Notes under the pieces: generated by a model
Told to the model about the DNA's origin: nothing
Database searches by the model: none
Seen by the model: the letters and a program-made list of their open reading frames with translations, nothing else
Assembly (NCBI GenBank): GCA_973895155.1
Contig: OZ316893.1
Span: 22,479,844-22,543,843, forward strand
Origin: Marsupella aquatica
Taxonomy: Eukaryota; Plantae; Marchantiophyta
Direction of reading: 5' to 3'
DNA length: 64,000 nt
Shown: in pieces, positions 39,016 through 50,000 of the stretch
How the letters are laid out: each line of letters opens with the position of its first letter
How positions within the stretch are numbered: position 1 is the stretch's first letter
Program-made: the position numbers and the translations under genes

Positions 39016-39873
39016 ATGGGGACTTTCAAGCTTGGGGGACCCAAGTATGAAGTGACAAAGTATGATGGGCGCTCTGACTACTTGCTATGGGAGAAGCAGG
39101 TGAAGGGAGTGCTTTATGCGTCAGGGATGGGCCAACTGCTGAGCCCTCGTGAAGACGATGTTGATGAGAAACAATGGGACCGCATGCAGGAGCAGGGAGT
39201 GTGGTGTGTTATACTCTATCTCATGCCTCCCATCATCAAGCAGTTGGGTGCACATAAGGATTGCATGTCCTTATTTGCGGAATTGCAGAGCAAGTATCAC
39301 CGCAAGGAGTTGTCGAACCGGCTCTACACTTCCTACAAACTGATGAGTTTCAGGATGAAGGAATCTGGTACGAAGTTGCAAGACCATGTGGATGCTTTCA
39401 ACGACATGGTCGTTGACTTGGAAAACCTTGGGGAGACTTTGAATGATGAGACGAAGGCTCTGCAGCTTCTTAGTTCATTGCCTCCATCTTACCAGTCCCT
39501 ATCACGAGTGTTGTTGCATCGTGATAGGGATACCATTTCATACAATGACGTGGTAAGTTCTCTGCTTAGTGATGATCTTCAGCAGAAGATGCACATCACG
39601 TCACAGCCTTCATCATCTGGTGCTGCCCTCAATGTTAACCGTGGGAGGAGTATGCAGCGACCAACTGGGGACCGTAGAACCCAGTTTAGATCTAAATCCA
39701 GATCTAAGTCCAAGGGTAAATCCCCTCAGAGGAGGCAGGTGACATGTTGGAAGTGCAACCAAGTTGGACACTTCAAGCGAGACTGTAAGGGAAAGGCAGC
39801 GGAAACTTCATCGGCAAATGTGGCTAGGGCTGATGGAGAAGCTGATTTACTCAATGATGAGTATGTTTTATGA
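39016..39873 (+). CDS. gag: Copia Gag
   Basis: KYEVTKYDGRSDYLLW start, LLSSLPPSY motif, zinc knuckle CWKCNQVGHFKRDC; ends at TGA 39871-39873. Confidence 0.9.
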   Translation: MGTFKLGGPKYEVTKYDGRSDYLLWEKQVKGVLYASGMGQLLSPREDDVDEKQWDRMQEQGVWCVILYLMPPIIKQLGAHKDCMSLFAELQSKYHRKELSNRLYTSYKLMSFRMKESGTKLQDHVDAFNDMVVDLENLGETLNDETKALQLLSSLPPSYQSLSRVLLHRDRDTISYNDVVSSLLSDDLQQKMHITSQPSSSGAALNVNRGRSMQRPTGDRRTQFRSKSRSKSKGKSPQRRQVTCWKCNQVGHFKRDCKGKAAETSSANVARADGEADLLNDEYVL

Positions 39874-42800
39874 AGCCGGGGGTATGCCCTGTGCACGTCA
39901 TCTAGGAGAGCAGATGATGTGTGGATTCTTGATTGTGCTTGCTCTTTTCATATTTGTTACATTCGTGAGTTTTTCAGTTCTTACTCTATTTCAAACGGTT
40001 CAGTTCTGATGGGAAATGATCACTCCTGTCAAATTGAGGGAATTGGGTCTGTGAAGATTCAAATGTTTGATGGCGCTGTGCGCACAGTGTCCGGAGTCAG
40101 GTATGTACCTGGCATGCGTAAGAATCTGATTTCACTCGGTGTGTTGGATTCAAATGGTCATCAATGGAGCGTTATTGATGGTGAACTTCAAGTCAGGTCG
40201 GGAGAGACAGTGATTTTGAAGGGGAGTAGACAAAAGAATTTGTATGTGTTACAGGGCAATACTGTATGTGGAGAGGCCAATGTAACCAAGTCTCACGAGG
40301 AGATGACTCAACTGTGGCATTCACGGCTAGGCCACATGAGTGAGAAGGGTTTGGCTATCTTACGGAAGAATGGACTCATTTCTGATTTGCAATCTTGTAA
40401 ATTAGAGTTTTGTGAGCATTGCATTCTTGGAAAGCAGCATCGTCGTGCTTTTGGTGTTGGAACTCATCGTTCCAAAGCGGTTCTTGAGTACATACATAGT
40501 GACGTGTGGGGTCCATCCCCGACTCCCTCACACTCTGGAAAGTTGTACTATGTATCATTTATTGATGATTACTCAAGATTTGTGTGGATTTATTTCATGA
40601 CGCATAAGTCTGATGTCTTGTCCATTTTTAAGAAGTGGAAGGCCCAGGTGGAGAATCAGACTGGAAACACGATCAAGTGTTTGGATACAAGGGTGAAGAG
40701 TCTGAGGTCAGACAACGGCGGGGAGTACACTTCAATGGAATTTGAAGAGTACTGTTCAGAACAGGGGATAACTCGCCATCTCACCACAGTTTATACTCCG
40801 CAGCAGAATGGTGTCGCTGAGAGGCTCAATCGGACACTGTTGGAGCGGTCACGGAGTATGTTGAGCCAATCAGGTTTACCACAAGAATTTTGGGCAGAAG
40901 CTGTCAATACCGCAGCTTATTTGGTAAATCTTTCTCCTTCTAGTGCTATCAATTTCAAAACGCCGTTTGAGATGCGCTATAAGCGGCAAGCAGACTATCA
41001 TGGCTTGGTAATTTTTGGAAATGATGCATATGCTCTCACACCAAAGCAGAATAGGACCAAGTTGGATCCTACCTCCAGGAAATGTGTTTTTCTTGGGTAC
41101 CAGAGTGGTGTGAAAGCCTATAGGCTATGGGATCCTATTGCCTGTAAGCTCGTTGTCAGTAGGGATGTTTCCTTCAATGAATCCAGATTATTGAAGGAGG
41201 GGGAGAATACTCAGGTCTCCCGTACTGACAAAGGAAAATCTCCTATCCCGGATCTCGTTGAGGGGGAGATTGGTTATGAGGTGCATGACCGAAGAGAAGG
41301 AGTTGCTCCAATTATGGAGCTGGTTCCTGTGCCAAAGGAACCAGAGGAGTTTGTTGATGCTGGTGAGCAGCAAGTGGATGCTGTTGAGCTTCAAATTATA
41401 CCAGCACACGCAGATCAACCGGAGTCATCGGCTAGAAGAACATCTGGTCGCACTGTACGCGCTCCATCAAGGTATGGACAGTGGGTTGATTCATCTCAAC
41501 TACAAGAGGATGATTTTACAGCTGATGATGAGGGTGATGCGTTAATTTTGGAAGAAGGAGAACCTTCTTCATTTCATGAGGCAAGTGCTTCAAAGGAGAA
41601 GCAGAAGTGGACTGCAGCAATGCAAACGGAGATGCAGTCACTAAAGGACAACAAAACTTGGGAGCTTGTTAAGCTGCCTAAGGGTCAGCAAGTGGTGGAC
41701 AGCAAGTGGATTTACAAGCTGAAGGATAATTCCATAGGAGGTGGATCGAAGGTCTACAAGGCTAGATTGGTAGCAAAGGGATTCACACAAGAGAAAGGTG
41801 TGGATTACAATGAGGTCTTCTCACCAGTTGCTAAGTACTCTATAATACGACTATTGTGTGTACTTGTTGTAATGTTTGGTCTGCTCCTAGATCAGATGGA
41901 TGTTGTCACAGCTTTCCTCTATGGCACATTGGAAGAGGTGATCTTCATGAGACAACCGCTAGGTTTTGTGAAGAGAGGACAGGAGGAATTGGTTTGCAGA
42001 TTGCTGAAATCCTTGTATGGGTTGAAGCAGTCACCAATACAGTGGAACAAGCGGTTTGACGATTGGATTCGGTCACAAGGTTTTCACAGAAGTGTATTTG
42101 ACCCTTGTGTGTATTTGAAACCGGTGAAGAATGTTGTCTTTGGGTTCATTGTTTTAGTACTTTATGTGGATGACATGCTAATTGCAGCCAAGGATAGGTC
42201 TGAGATTGTTAAGCTCAAGGCACTGCTTAGTGCAGAGTTTAAGATGAAGGACTTAGGGCCAGCTAAGAGGATTTTGGGTATGGAGATCACTAGGGACTTG
42301 GAGGCTGGCAAGCTATGGTTGACGCAGAGCAGTTATGCGAGGAAGGTAATTGCAAGGTTCAACATGGAGAATAGCAAGCCAGTAAGTACCCCGTTGGCTC
42401 CACACTTCAAGTTATCATCAGCGTTCTGTCCTACGGATGACACAGAGAAGGGGTTGATGTCAAAGGTTCCATATGACAAGGCAGTGGGGAGTCTCATGTA
42501 TTTGATGACTTGCACTAGACCTGATCTTGCCATGGCTATGGGCAAGGTGAGCAGGTACATGTCGAATCCAGGGAAGGTACACTGGGAAGCAGTGAAGTGG
42601 ATTATCAGGTACTTGAAGGGTACCGTGGATCATGGTCTTTTATTTGATGCGAATGCAAAGAATGCTAGATCATTGATTGGCTATGTAGATTCTGACTATG
42701 GACAAGATTTGGACCGAAGGAGATCAACAACAGGATACGTGTTCACACTTGGCGATGGATGCATAAGTTGGAGGTCTACTTTGCAGAAGTGTATTGCTCA

Positions 42801-43146
42801 GTCTACTACAGAAGCGGAGTATGTTGCAGCTGCGGAAGCAGCAAAGGAAGCGATTTGGTTGGATAGACTTATCACTGAAATGGGATTGCCACAGGGGAAT
42901 GTGAAGCTCCATTGTGATAGTCAAAGTGCGCTCCACCTTGCTATGAACCAGGTGATGGACAGCAGAGTGAAGCACATTGACGTCAGGTACCATTTTATCA
43001 GGCAGGCTGTGTCTGATAATTTGTTTGAGCTAGTCAAGATTGATGGTAAACTCAACCCGGCTGACGCATTTACCAAAGTGATTCCTTTGGAGAGTTTCTC
43101 TAGACACCGTGACGTATTGCAGGTTTTGCAATTGCATCACAAGTAG
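39874..43146 (+). CDS. pol: Copia Pol (protease, integrase, RT, RNase H), same reading frame as gag, uninterrupted
   Basis: WILDCACS protease, LWHSRLGH..CEHC, HSDVWGP / RSDNGGEY / QQNGVAER integrase, YKARLVAKG / QMDVVTAFL / LYVDDM RT, and GYVDSD..NPADAFTK RNase H. Confidence 0.95.
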   Translation, partial: SRGYALCTSSRRADDVWILDCACSFHICYIREFFSSYSISNGSVLMGNDHSCQIEGIGSVKIQMFDGAVRTVSGVRYVPGMRKNLISLGVLDSNGHQWSVIDGELQVRSGETVILKGSRQKNLYVLQGNTVCGEANVTKSHEEMTQLWHSRLGHMSEKGLAILRKNGLISDLQSCKLEFCEHCILGKQHRRAFGVGTHRSKAVLEYIHSDVWGPSPTPSHSGKLYYVSFIDDYSRFVWIYFMTHKSDVLSIFKKWKAQVENQTGNTIKCLDTRVKSLRSDNGGEYTSMEFEEYCSEQGITRHLTTVYTPQQNGVAERLNRTLLERSRSMLSQSGLPQEFWAEAVNTAAYLVNLSPSSAINFKTPFEMRYKRQADYHGLVIFGNDAYALTPKQNRTKLDPTSRKCVFLGYQSGVKAYRLWDPIACKLVVSRDVSFNESRLLKEGENTQVSRTDKGKSPIPDLVEGEIGYEVHDRREGVAPIMELVPVPKEPEEFVDAGEQQVDAVELQIIPAHADQPESSARRTSGRTVRAPSRYGQWVDSSQLQEDDFTADDEGDALILEEGEPSSFHEASASKEKQKWTAAMQTEMQSLKDNKTWELVKLPKGQQVVDSKWIYKLKDNSIGGGSKVYKARLVAKGFTQEKGVDYNEVFSPVAKYSIIRLLCVLVVMFGLLLDQMDVVTAFLYGTLEEVIFMRQPLGFVKRGQEELVCRLLKSLYGLKQSPIQWNKRFDDWIRSQGFHRSVFDPCVYLKPVKNVVFGFIVLVLYVDDMLIAAKDRSEIVKLKALLSAEFKMKDLGPAKRILGMEITRDLEAGKLWLTQSSYARKVIARFNMENSKPVSTPLAPHFKLSSAFCPTDDTEKGLMSKVPYDKAVGSLMYLMTCTRPDLAMAMGKVSRYMSNPGKVHWEAVKWIIRYLKGTVDHGLLFDANAKNARSLIGYVDSDYGQDLDRRRSTTGYVFTLGDGCISWRSTLQKCIAQSTTEAEYVAAAEAAKEAIWLDRLITEMGLPQGNVKLHCDSQSALHLAMNQVMDSRVKHIDVRYHFIRQAVSDNLFELVKIDGKLNPADAFTKVIPLESFSRHRDVLQVLQLHHK

Positions 43147-43337
43147 AGTTTTCTTAAACATTCATTGTAATTACTGATATATGCTCTTCCTCATTCCTAT
43201 GTATTAGGCTACGGCTTAGTTCTGGTTTGCTCTAGTTAGAGAGGGAAACCGGTTTGGTTTCTGTCCAGAACTTCCCGCTGAGGGATCATATACATTGGCA
43301 GTATTACTCTCCCCTAGACCAGAGTCAAGGGGAAGAT

Positions 43338-43812
43338 TGTTGGGTATTTACTCTTACGTCTAGGTTAGGTATGACGTGGTTGGTACAACAACGTGGGTTG
43401 GTACAACTACGTGGTTAGGTACAACTACGTGATTAGGTACAACTATGTGGTTAGGTACAACTATGTGATTAGGTACAACTATGTGGTTAGGTACAACTAC
43501 GTGATTAGGTACAACTATGTGGTTAGGTACAACTATGTGGTTAGGTACAACTAAGTTGCACACTATATCATAAGAGGCATGTGTGCTTGGAGAGGTAGAA
43601 CCAAGGCTCATTGTTATGGAGCCACTTGAGAGATAGGGAGAGCTTACACTGTGGAGACTCGGTATAGCCGACGGGCTTAGAGTTCAGTAAAGCTCTCTTG
43701 TGTGTTCCCGTGGACGTAGCCTCAAGGAGGTGAACCACATATCTCTTGTGTCGACTATTGTGCGTTGGATGGTTCATGGGCTTGCCGTTGCGATCGTCGT
43801 CTATGCTCAACA
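43338..43812 (+). repeat. 3-prime LTR (475 bp) containing 10 copies of the 18-bp repeat
   Basis: Same as the 5-prime LTR apart from one extra unit and two transitions by my reading. Confidence 0.95.
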
Positions 43813-44267
43813 TTAACTTAATATACTATGAGTAAGGGCCCATGGTGTACAACTCTAGTAGGGCATCTTAATCATTGAACAAAAAGATAAAACAGATTCT
43901 GGTAATAACATCGGGGTTAGGGTGAGTTCCCACCAAGAGTTCTAAACTACTCTTGTTAAATCAAAAGTTAACAGGCACATGGTTCCCGCTGGCTCAACTG
44001 GCTGGCTTAGTTAAAAGTGCTAGTTAAAATGCAGAACGATCCTTACTTAGTGAGTGTTTGTGTGCGAGTACTTAACCAAAAAGTTAAGTGCCGAGAACAA
44101 ATTTTACCCTGTTTCAATGTAATATTCCTTGCCGTGGTGGGGTCAATCAGGCAGGGAGTGTCGTGTGGAGAGTGTAGTGCTAAGTGGCATGCTGAGTGTG
44201 TCGTGCTCCCGCTGTTGCTACCTTTACCATTCCCAACTCTCAACAATCAGTGAGACCTTGAACACAA

Positions 44268-44741
44268 AATTGGATTGAATCAGAAATGATTTGCCTTCCT
44301 CAGGCTAAGAAAACAGAGTTGAAGTTGGATATCGAGAAAGTGGGCCAGTCATGTTTCCTTTCGAGTGTGTAGAAGTGTAACGATATTTCACTATTCATAA
44401 GTGCCAAGGGCTATGCTGACAAAATAGGACCAGTGTGCACCACAAAGTGGAACAATCTCTTTGGGGATTGGACGACAATCTAAGATTTTGTTTTGTTTTC
44501 TGGAGGGACATCCTATTATAATATGAGCAAGAATGAGCGTTTAACGAAGCTGGTTCCAAAGTTTATAAAAGACTTGTATGATTTAGTAGATGCTTTTTGC
44601 TTTCAATGGTCGTGTATGGCTCCACCTTCCACCTTTGATTCAGGTGTGCGCATTGCTCCTAGTGCTACTCAGAATCCAGTGGCACCACATACTGAATCCC
44701 CTTCACAACAAACTGTGATTGATGAAAATCAGACAAATTGA
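44268..44741 (+). pseudogene. Decayed trihelix / Myb-SANT-like domain (trihelix TF or PIF/Harbinger ORF1 type)
   Basis: One frame reads NWIESEMICLPQAKK..*KCNDIS..KGYADKIGPVCTTKWNNLFGDWTTI*D..SYYNMSKNER..VPKFIKDLYDLVDAF. This is the trihelix W..W..C..KWxNL pattern with two stops. Confidence 0.65.
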
Positions 44742-45473
44742 TTTGTCCCCTAACAATCATAGAGAGACTAAGATTGTTCCTGTGGCCCTGAGAGACAGCG
44801 TCGCTGGATCTACAGGCAAGGCTAAGAGAAGACAGACAGTTGATATCTCAGGAGTTTTGAAGACGAGCCATGAAAGTTTGATTTTCTCTCTTAATGATCA
44901 AATGGCAAAGAGGATGTGGTGCTTTGATAAACAATTCAAACTTGAGAAGGCAAAGCAATTTTTGAAACAACTGAGAAGGAAGCCTTGTCTACTGATTAGA
45001 AAACCATGGTATTGGTGTTCAAAGATATGGCAAATGCAATGCAGAACTTGGTGCATCGACAGATTGAATCGCATTAGATGAATAGCGCATAGACATTGGT
45101 TTTCCATTGTTGTCATTTTTCATCGTCATATTTTGCAGCAATACACTATTTTTTTCATATACACTTTGATTCATTTGACATCTTCGTAGACAATTAATTA
45201 GTTTTATCATTTTGCCCCAAGCGTTACACATTTGCCCCAAGCATTCAAGGAACAAATTTGACAACATTGGCACAATGAACTCCAATTGTCCACTGCATTT
45301 GTTCTCTTGAAGTCTTTTGTTTTATTGACAGTCTAAAAGTTTTTGCTGCTGTGGTTCCCGGAGTGCACTCTTCAATTATCTGTTTGCAAAGTAATATCTC
45401 GACATTCTCCATCTGAGCTTAAATTCATTGAGCAGTAGAGAATATTACTGTCACCCTTGTCATATTTGGGGAT

Positions 45474-45590
45474 GCTCGGAGCAAGAGGGGTAAGTTCATC
45501 CTCCGTCATCCAGAGGAAACCATGCTTCGGGAGTCAGAGCAGGTCATGCTTTAGAATCTAGAGTGGCTAGGTCTAAACTACGAGAAATGT
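45474..45590 (+). pseudogene. Fragment of a glutamyl-tRNA synthetase exon (organellar/bacterial type)
   Basis: Reads ARSKRGKFILR..RESEQVML*NLEWLGLNYEK, followed by a GTGAGT donor. It resembles the remembered GluRS segment ARSKGGKFVLRIEDTD..RESE.AVLQDLQWLGLDWDE. Confidence 0.6.
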
Positions 45591-45733
45591 GTGAGTAACA
45601 AATTCTAGTCAATCCCAACAAAATGAATCACTCCTCTTGTCTTTATTGTGTTGATCCTCAACTAGATGACATGTGTGCATTTCAGAGACAATAGGGAGCC
45701 TATTGTGGAGTGATGGCTAGCATTTACAGATAA

Positions 45734-46031
45734 GATCTCCACAAATACGATTCCCAAGAGTTTGTGTTTGGGACCACCTCATCAGCATACCAGGTGTATC
45801 TGCCTACTTAGCCATCACTTACAAGCTGCACGACTGATACTAGATAGTGAAACAGAATGAACAATTTGGAGTGTTAGTCACATTGAGTATTGTGATGGCC
45901 ACCATCGTGCTAGAGCTCACAAAAATGTACTTTGAGCTTACAAAATGTCCAGTTGAATTTCAAGTTGAGGGTGCAGTCCGTTGAAAGTGGCCGGGGAGTT
46001 AGTATTTGGGGCACATGGTCACAGACTCCGG
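45734..46031 (+). pseudogene. Two decayed exons of a GH1 beta-glucosidase (45734-45793 and 45964-46031)
   Basis: EFVFGTTSSAYQ then a GT donor; VEGAV.(frameshift)ESGRGVSIWGTWSQTPG then GT. Matches the GH1 N-terminal signature and exon boundary; the acceptor is mutated to CAA. Confidence 0.75.
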
Positions 46032-47014
46032 GTATTGTGCCAGGGTACAAATGAATCATGTGAATAACATTGAGGTTAAGCAACCTCTTGCAAGGTATAG
46101 CAATTACTACTTTTTAGCTTGGATCATTGGCCAAGGTGTTTATCATCCTCTACATTTATTACAATTCTAATGGGGATCTCAATTTTTGAGCAAAAAGGCA
46201 AATATGTTTTGGAAATAACATCTGGGGTAAGCAACTTCTAGGAGGGTATAGTGGTTACTACTTTTTAGCTCTGATCAAAGTGGCCTACATGTCTGTCATC
46301 CTCTCCATTCATGTACAACTTTAGTAGTGGATCTCAATCTTTGAGCAATAAGGCAAGCGGGTCCTGGTAATGACATTTAGCCAGACTATTCCCATTGTCA
46401 GGTAAAAGCTTCATTAGGGCCATATCTGATTTCATAATCGAACTGGTAAAGGGCAATGAAAAGCCACTCCCTGGGCCTACTGTCTGAAGTGAAGTCTCAA
46501 GATAGTGAATCCAATAGAGAGCATAACTGAAAGTGAAGACAAAAAATAAGGATGGAGGCAAAGCTGAGCAACAACTCGCAAATCCTTTTTCCTGCAAAGG
46601 TTACTGATCTCCTCATCTCTATTTCTGTCAAGAGACGGGAAATCAGGCTACACTGATTACCGTAATCAGTTTCACACACAATATTTAGGAACAAAAGTTT
46701 TTGAAGGATATCACCATAATTAATGTGTGTGAGACTGTATATATAAGAGTGAGAGTAAATACATGACATTCTAAATTAAAGTAAGTGAGATTATTTTTGG
46801 TGACACACAAATAGTGTGTGATGAACTCTTAATTGATGTGTGTAACTTAACATTTAAAAAATATAAAATTTTCCTGTAGTAAGAATTATTTGAATAAACA
46901 ATAAAAAATGAAAGTCAATTACAATTCAAAGTTTATACAAGTATGATGAATTGAAAAGCAGATTATGAATGCAATCAAAATCAAACTAGAATTAATTTTT
47001 TACAATAGACCAAA

Positions 47015-50000
47015 TGTTAGACTCTACCTATGACCGGACGACCGGACCAGCCGGTCACTCGACCCCACTATATGTACACACATTACTGACTATACAATTA
47101 TCTATTGCATTCATTCCATGACACGTTATCAGCACGTAGCAACCATACTGAGCGGAGGACAGAAATCTACAAAGCTATGGCAGAATTGTGAAGGATCAAA
47201 AGCGGAATTGAGTTGACAGAGAAATCCCTGACCGAACCCGAAGAGATAGAAAGGAAAGAGAGTAAGCGAATGAAGGGACAAGCATCCGGCGCATAAGGGC
47301 AGAAAACAAAAATTGCATAAGGACATCGATTAGGAATTATAGAGGAGAATCGAGAGAGAAGACATCCGAAATTCATTTGCAAACAGATCGACCCTGAAAG
47401 AAGAGGACCTGCATTGGTAGGCGAATTTGAACCAAGTGAAGCAGATAAGGACACTGCGATAAGTGACTGAGAAGACATCGAAGTCAAGCTTGAAAAGAGA
47501 GACAGGATCCAATTCAGAGGGAAGAAAGCGCAGTGAACTGAGGCCAGAGAGAGAGCGAATCACAATCGAGAGAATCAGCAGAACTCGAAGAAAAGAGCAA
47601 GTGGAAGCCTGATTCGGAATTAAAGAAGAGAACAAGCAGTCATGGAGGGACGATGATAAGAGCAGCAACACCAAAGATAGAAATGTGAGCGAATTGAAAT
47701 CTTGAGGCAAGGAGATAAGCAAAATCGATGCACGGAAAAGATGGATGAACAATAGAAAGATGAAGCGAAATGAGAAAAGAACCAGATCTAATAGGACCGA
47801 GAGAAAGAATTAACGATCCGAAAGAAAACGAGCCCTAAGAGATTTCAAAGTCAAAGAGAACTTGATTGCAGAACGAAGATCAATCGAAAATAGAGAAAAG
47901 AGAAGTCTCTGCTACGAGGAAGCAGACCGCACAACAAAATCTGGAGAGAAAGAACCGAAGAGGAGCATTACAAGGCGCAGCCAAAGAAAGCAGCACAAAG
48001 GGGAGATCGAGAGAGGAGCGCACAAGGGGCGCAACCGCCATCAAATCCCACCACATTGAAACTGCAAAACGTCGAGAAAACCTCGAAAACCGCCGCTAAG
48101 TGCAAAACCTCTTTAACTGCAAAATCCGTCAAAGAGATTTCAGTTACAAAGGAAAAGTTGCACTTAACCATAACTGCAAAACCTAAGCGCACATCCGCAT
48201 AACTGCACACCGTAACCAAGAAAAATTTACTTTACAAAGCCGCATGTGCACTTAACCAAGGCACGAGTATATTACCACCCATAACTGCACAAATTGCACA
48301 ATTCCATTACTGCACAGTTTAACAAAGGAAAAAGAAAATACAAAGGAAACTTTGCAGTTAACCAAATAGCAAGGAAAACCTAAATCCTAAGTGCAAACCC
48401 TAAAATTGAATTCCGGATTTGCATGCTCTCTCCTCCCAGCCCCACCTTGCATGCCGCAGAAATGTGCTTTGTCGTTTCCTACTATACTTACTAGTATATA
48501 AGCCTCAACTACCATTAAAATGAATCAAGCCATCACCCCAATGACCAACCTAGAGAAATTAACATTTCCAGCCCTAGACATCGATGGTAGCAACTACCTG
48601 GAATGGTCAATGAACCTCAGAGAGAACCTTACCTCGCTAACCCTACTCCCAGCTATAGGAATGGCTCAACCTATACTAGCTGGCGAACCCCAACCAGACC
48701 CGTTAACTAAAGCCAACGAATCTAAGGCCCTTGTATTCCTTAGACGCCATATCCATAGATTCATACAAAGACAATACATGCACCTTTCAACCCCTCGTGA
48801 ACTATGGACAGCGCTCTAAACCCGATTCGACCACCAAAAACTGGTCGAACTACCTAAAGCCAGGCAAGACTGGCTAAACCTGCGAGTCCTGGACTTTATC
48901 TCTATTTCAACCTACAATAGCGAACTCTTTAGAATAACATCAACCCTCGCACTATGTGGCGAGCCGGTCACAGACAAGGATCTGTTAGAGAAGACCTTGT
49001 CGACATTTTATTCATCGAATATGTGGCTACCAACACAGTATCGAAACATGAAGTTTGGGCAATACTCCGAGCTCATAGCCCACCTCCTAGTCACCGAAAG
49101 AAACCAATAACTTCTTTTAGTAAACTCTAGAAAACGCCCTGCGGGCACACTGCCCTAAGGACAACAGAATGAAACCCATAACATAGAAAATGTTGAACCC
49201 TCCACATCGAGGCAAGGCATTAAACGCACTAAGAATAGCAACCGGAGAAACACCCACAACAGGGGGAGTTTCTATAACCAACGTCCACAATATAACTCCC
49301 AACGGACCTTTAGAGGACGTGGTGGACGAGAAGGACGTGGAGGACAAGGAGGACGTGGCGGACGTGGTGGACGTGGCGGACGCGGAGGACGCGACGGTGG
49401 TAGAACATATAACAACAACCGTAGAAACGATTGGTCACAATCCCGACAACAACGGGAATGACCGAAATGCCATGAATGTGGCATGACAAACCACCTAGCA
49501 AGAAACTGTAGAATCCCGCAACACCTTAGAGAACTATACCAACGGTCCATCAAGGATGGACAAACCTCTAGGCCACCACCCCGTGAAACCCACGGGGCGT
49601 TTATGGAGTCTAGTGACCCATTCCAAGACTTTTCAGACCTACCCGCCCAACCCGAGGCACACTTAGTGGCAAGTAGCTCCACTACACCAGATTTAAATAG
49701 TCCAAGCACATGTATTATTGACAGTGCGACCACGCATACTATCCTCAGGGATAGGCACCTTTTCCACAAGATTACACCCTCACGTAGGTCCCTGACCACT
49801 ATCAATGGTCCTAGCCAAATAGAAGAGGGCTTCGGCCCAACTTCTATTAGACTCCCGCAGGGTACAGCCATCCACATAGAATCTGCTATTTTTGCCCCGA
49901 ACGCAACCCGTAATCTCCTCAGTTTTAGAGATATACGAGCAAATGGACTACACGTCCAAACAGGGGATACAAGAGACCAAGAGGTCATCCACTTGGTTGA

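Larger units (their letters stand above)
38029..43812 (+). mobile_element. Full-length young Ty1/copia LTR retrotransposon (Tork/Tnt1-like)
   Basis: TG..CA LTRs at 38029-38485 and 43338-43812; TSD TTAAC on both sides; PBS TGGTATCAGAGC (tRNA-iMet) at 38488-38499; PPT at about 43322-43337; domain order gag-PR-INT-RT-RH. Confidence 0.98.

Noticed and set aside
47129-47752. Hydrophobic antisense ORFs as an env-like gene
   Set aside because: The Leu/Ser/Phe richness follows from the purine-skewed plus strand; the ORFs are short, start at non-ATG codons and lie in different frames.
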